From Candidatus Pacearchaeota archaeon (GTDB lineage: Archaea > Nanobdellota > Nanobdellia > Pacearchaeales > GW2011-AR1), in the NCBI GenBank assembly GCA_018304205.1, contig JAGVWR010000005.1, positions 1-32,523 of the forward strand: a stretch of DNA of 32,523 nucleotides, written 5' to 3'. Under the pieces are notes generated by a model, which worked only from the letters and a program-made list of their open reading frames with translations, did not search any database and was not told where the DNA came from. Positions 32,430 through 32,523 of this stretch are shown in pieces (position 1 is the stretch's first letter; each line of letters starts with the position of its first letter). The position numbers and the translations under genes were made by a program.

Positions 32430-32523
32430 TGAAGCTCCCAATCGCAGCAGAGCTGCGGGGCTTCTAAAAGTCACTCAACTTTAACTGGTCGGTAGACCGA
32501 CCTTGATTACGAATATATTTTCT
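32430..32523. ncRNA. GC-rich structured segment cut by the window edge (possible start of a structural RNA)
   Basis: Nested hairpin GAAGCTCC...CGCAGC-aga-GCTGCG-GGGCTTC and hairpin GGTCGG-taga-CCGACC. Locally much more GC-rich than the surrounding sequence. Identity and strand unknown. Confidence 0.2.

Overview
AT-rich genomic fragment that is clearly archaeal. It encodes the archaea/eukaryote-type ribosomal proteins L35Ae and L10e, two tRNAs with introns at the canonical 37/38 position, and BRE/TATA-like boxes about 26 nt upstream of many start codons. The low GC and compact genes suggest a DPANN-like small-genome archaeon, but that is inference only. Recognisable housekeeping genes are 3-dehydroquinate synthase (aroB), PEP synthase (ppsA, with an unusual acidic tail), rpl35ae, rpl10e, tRNA-Val(UAC), tRNA-Gly(GCC), a VIT1/CCC1 transporter, an ArsR regulator with a SAM methyltransferase, and a GNAT acetyltransferase. 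Accessory content is dense: four toxin-antitoxin-type modules (MNT/HEPN, MazF-like plus RHH, VapBC, RelE-like plus wHTH) and two orphan RHH genes. Most worth follow-up: (1) an orphan gene cluster at 13238-18989 built around a MutL/Top6B/MORC-like GHKL ATPase, with a double-HTH protein, a 294-aa orphan and a 670-aa internally duplicated Rossmann-like protein; (2) a minus-strand cluster at 26619-30712 with a 527-aa orphan, a Q/N-rich protein and a xylose-isomerase-like TIM barrel split by a large helical insertion; (3) an intergenic repeat family with six copies, carrying a roughly 23-bp palindrome TTATGTCAAG-N3-CTTGACATAA; (4) a MazF cassette bracketed by the tRNA-Val 3' exon and a 34/37-nt copy of it. 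All functional calls rest on motif recognition by eye. No database search or structure prediction was possible.
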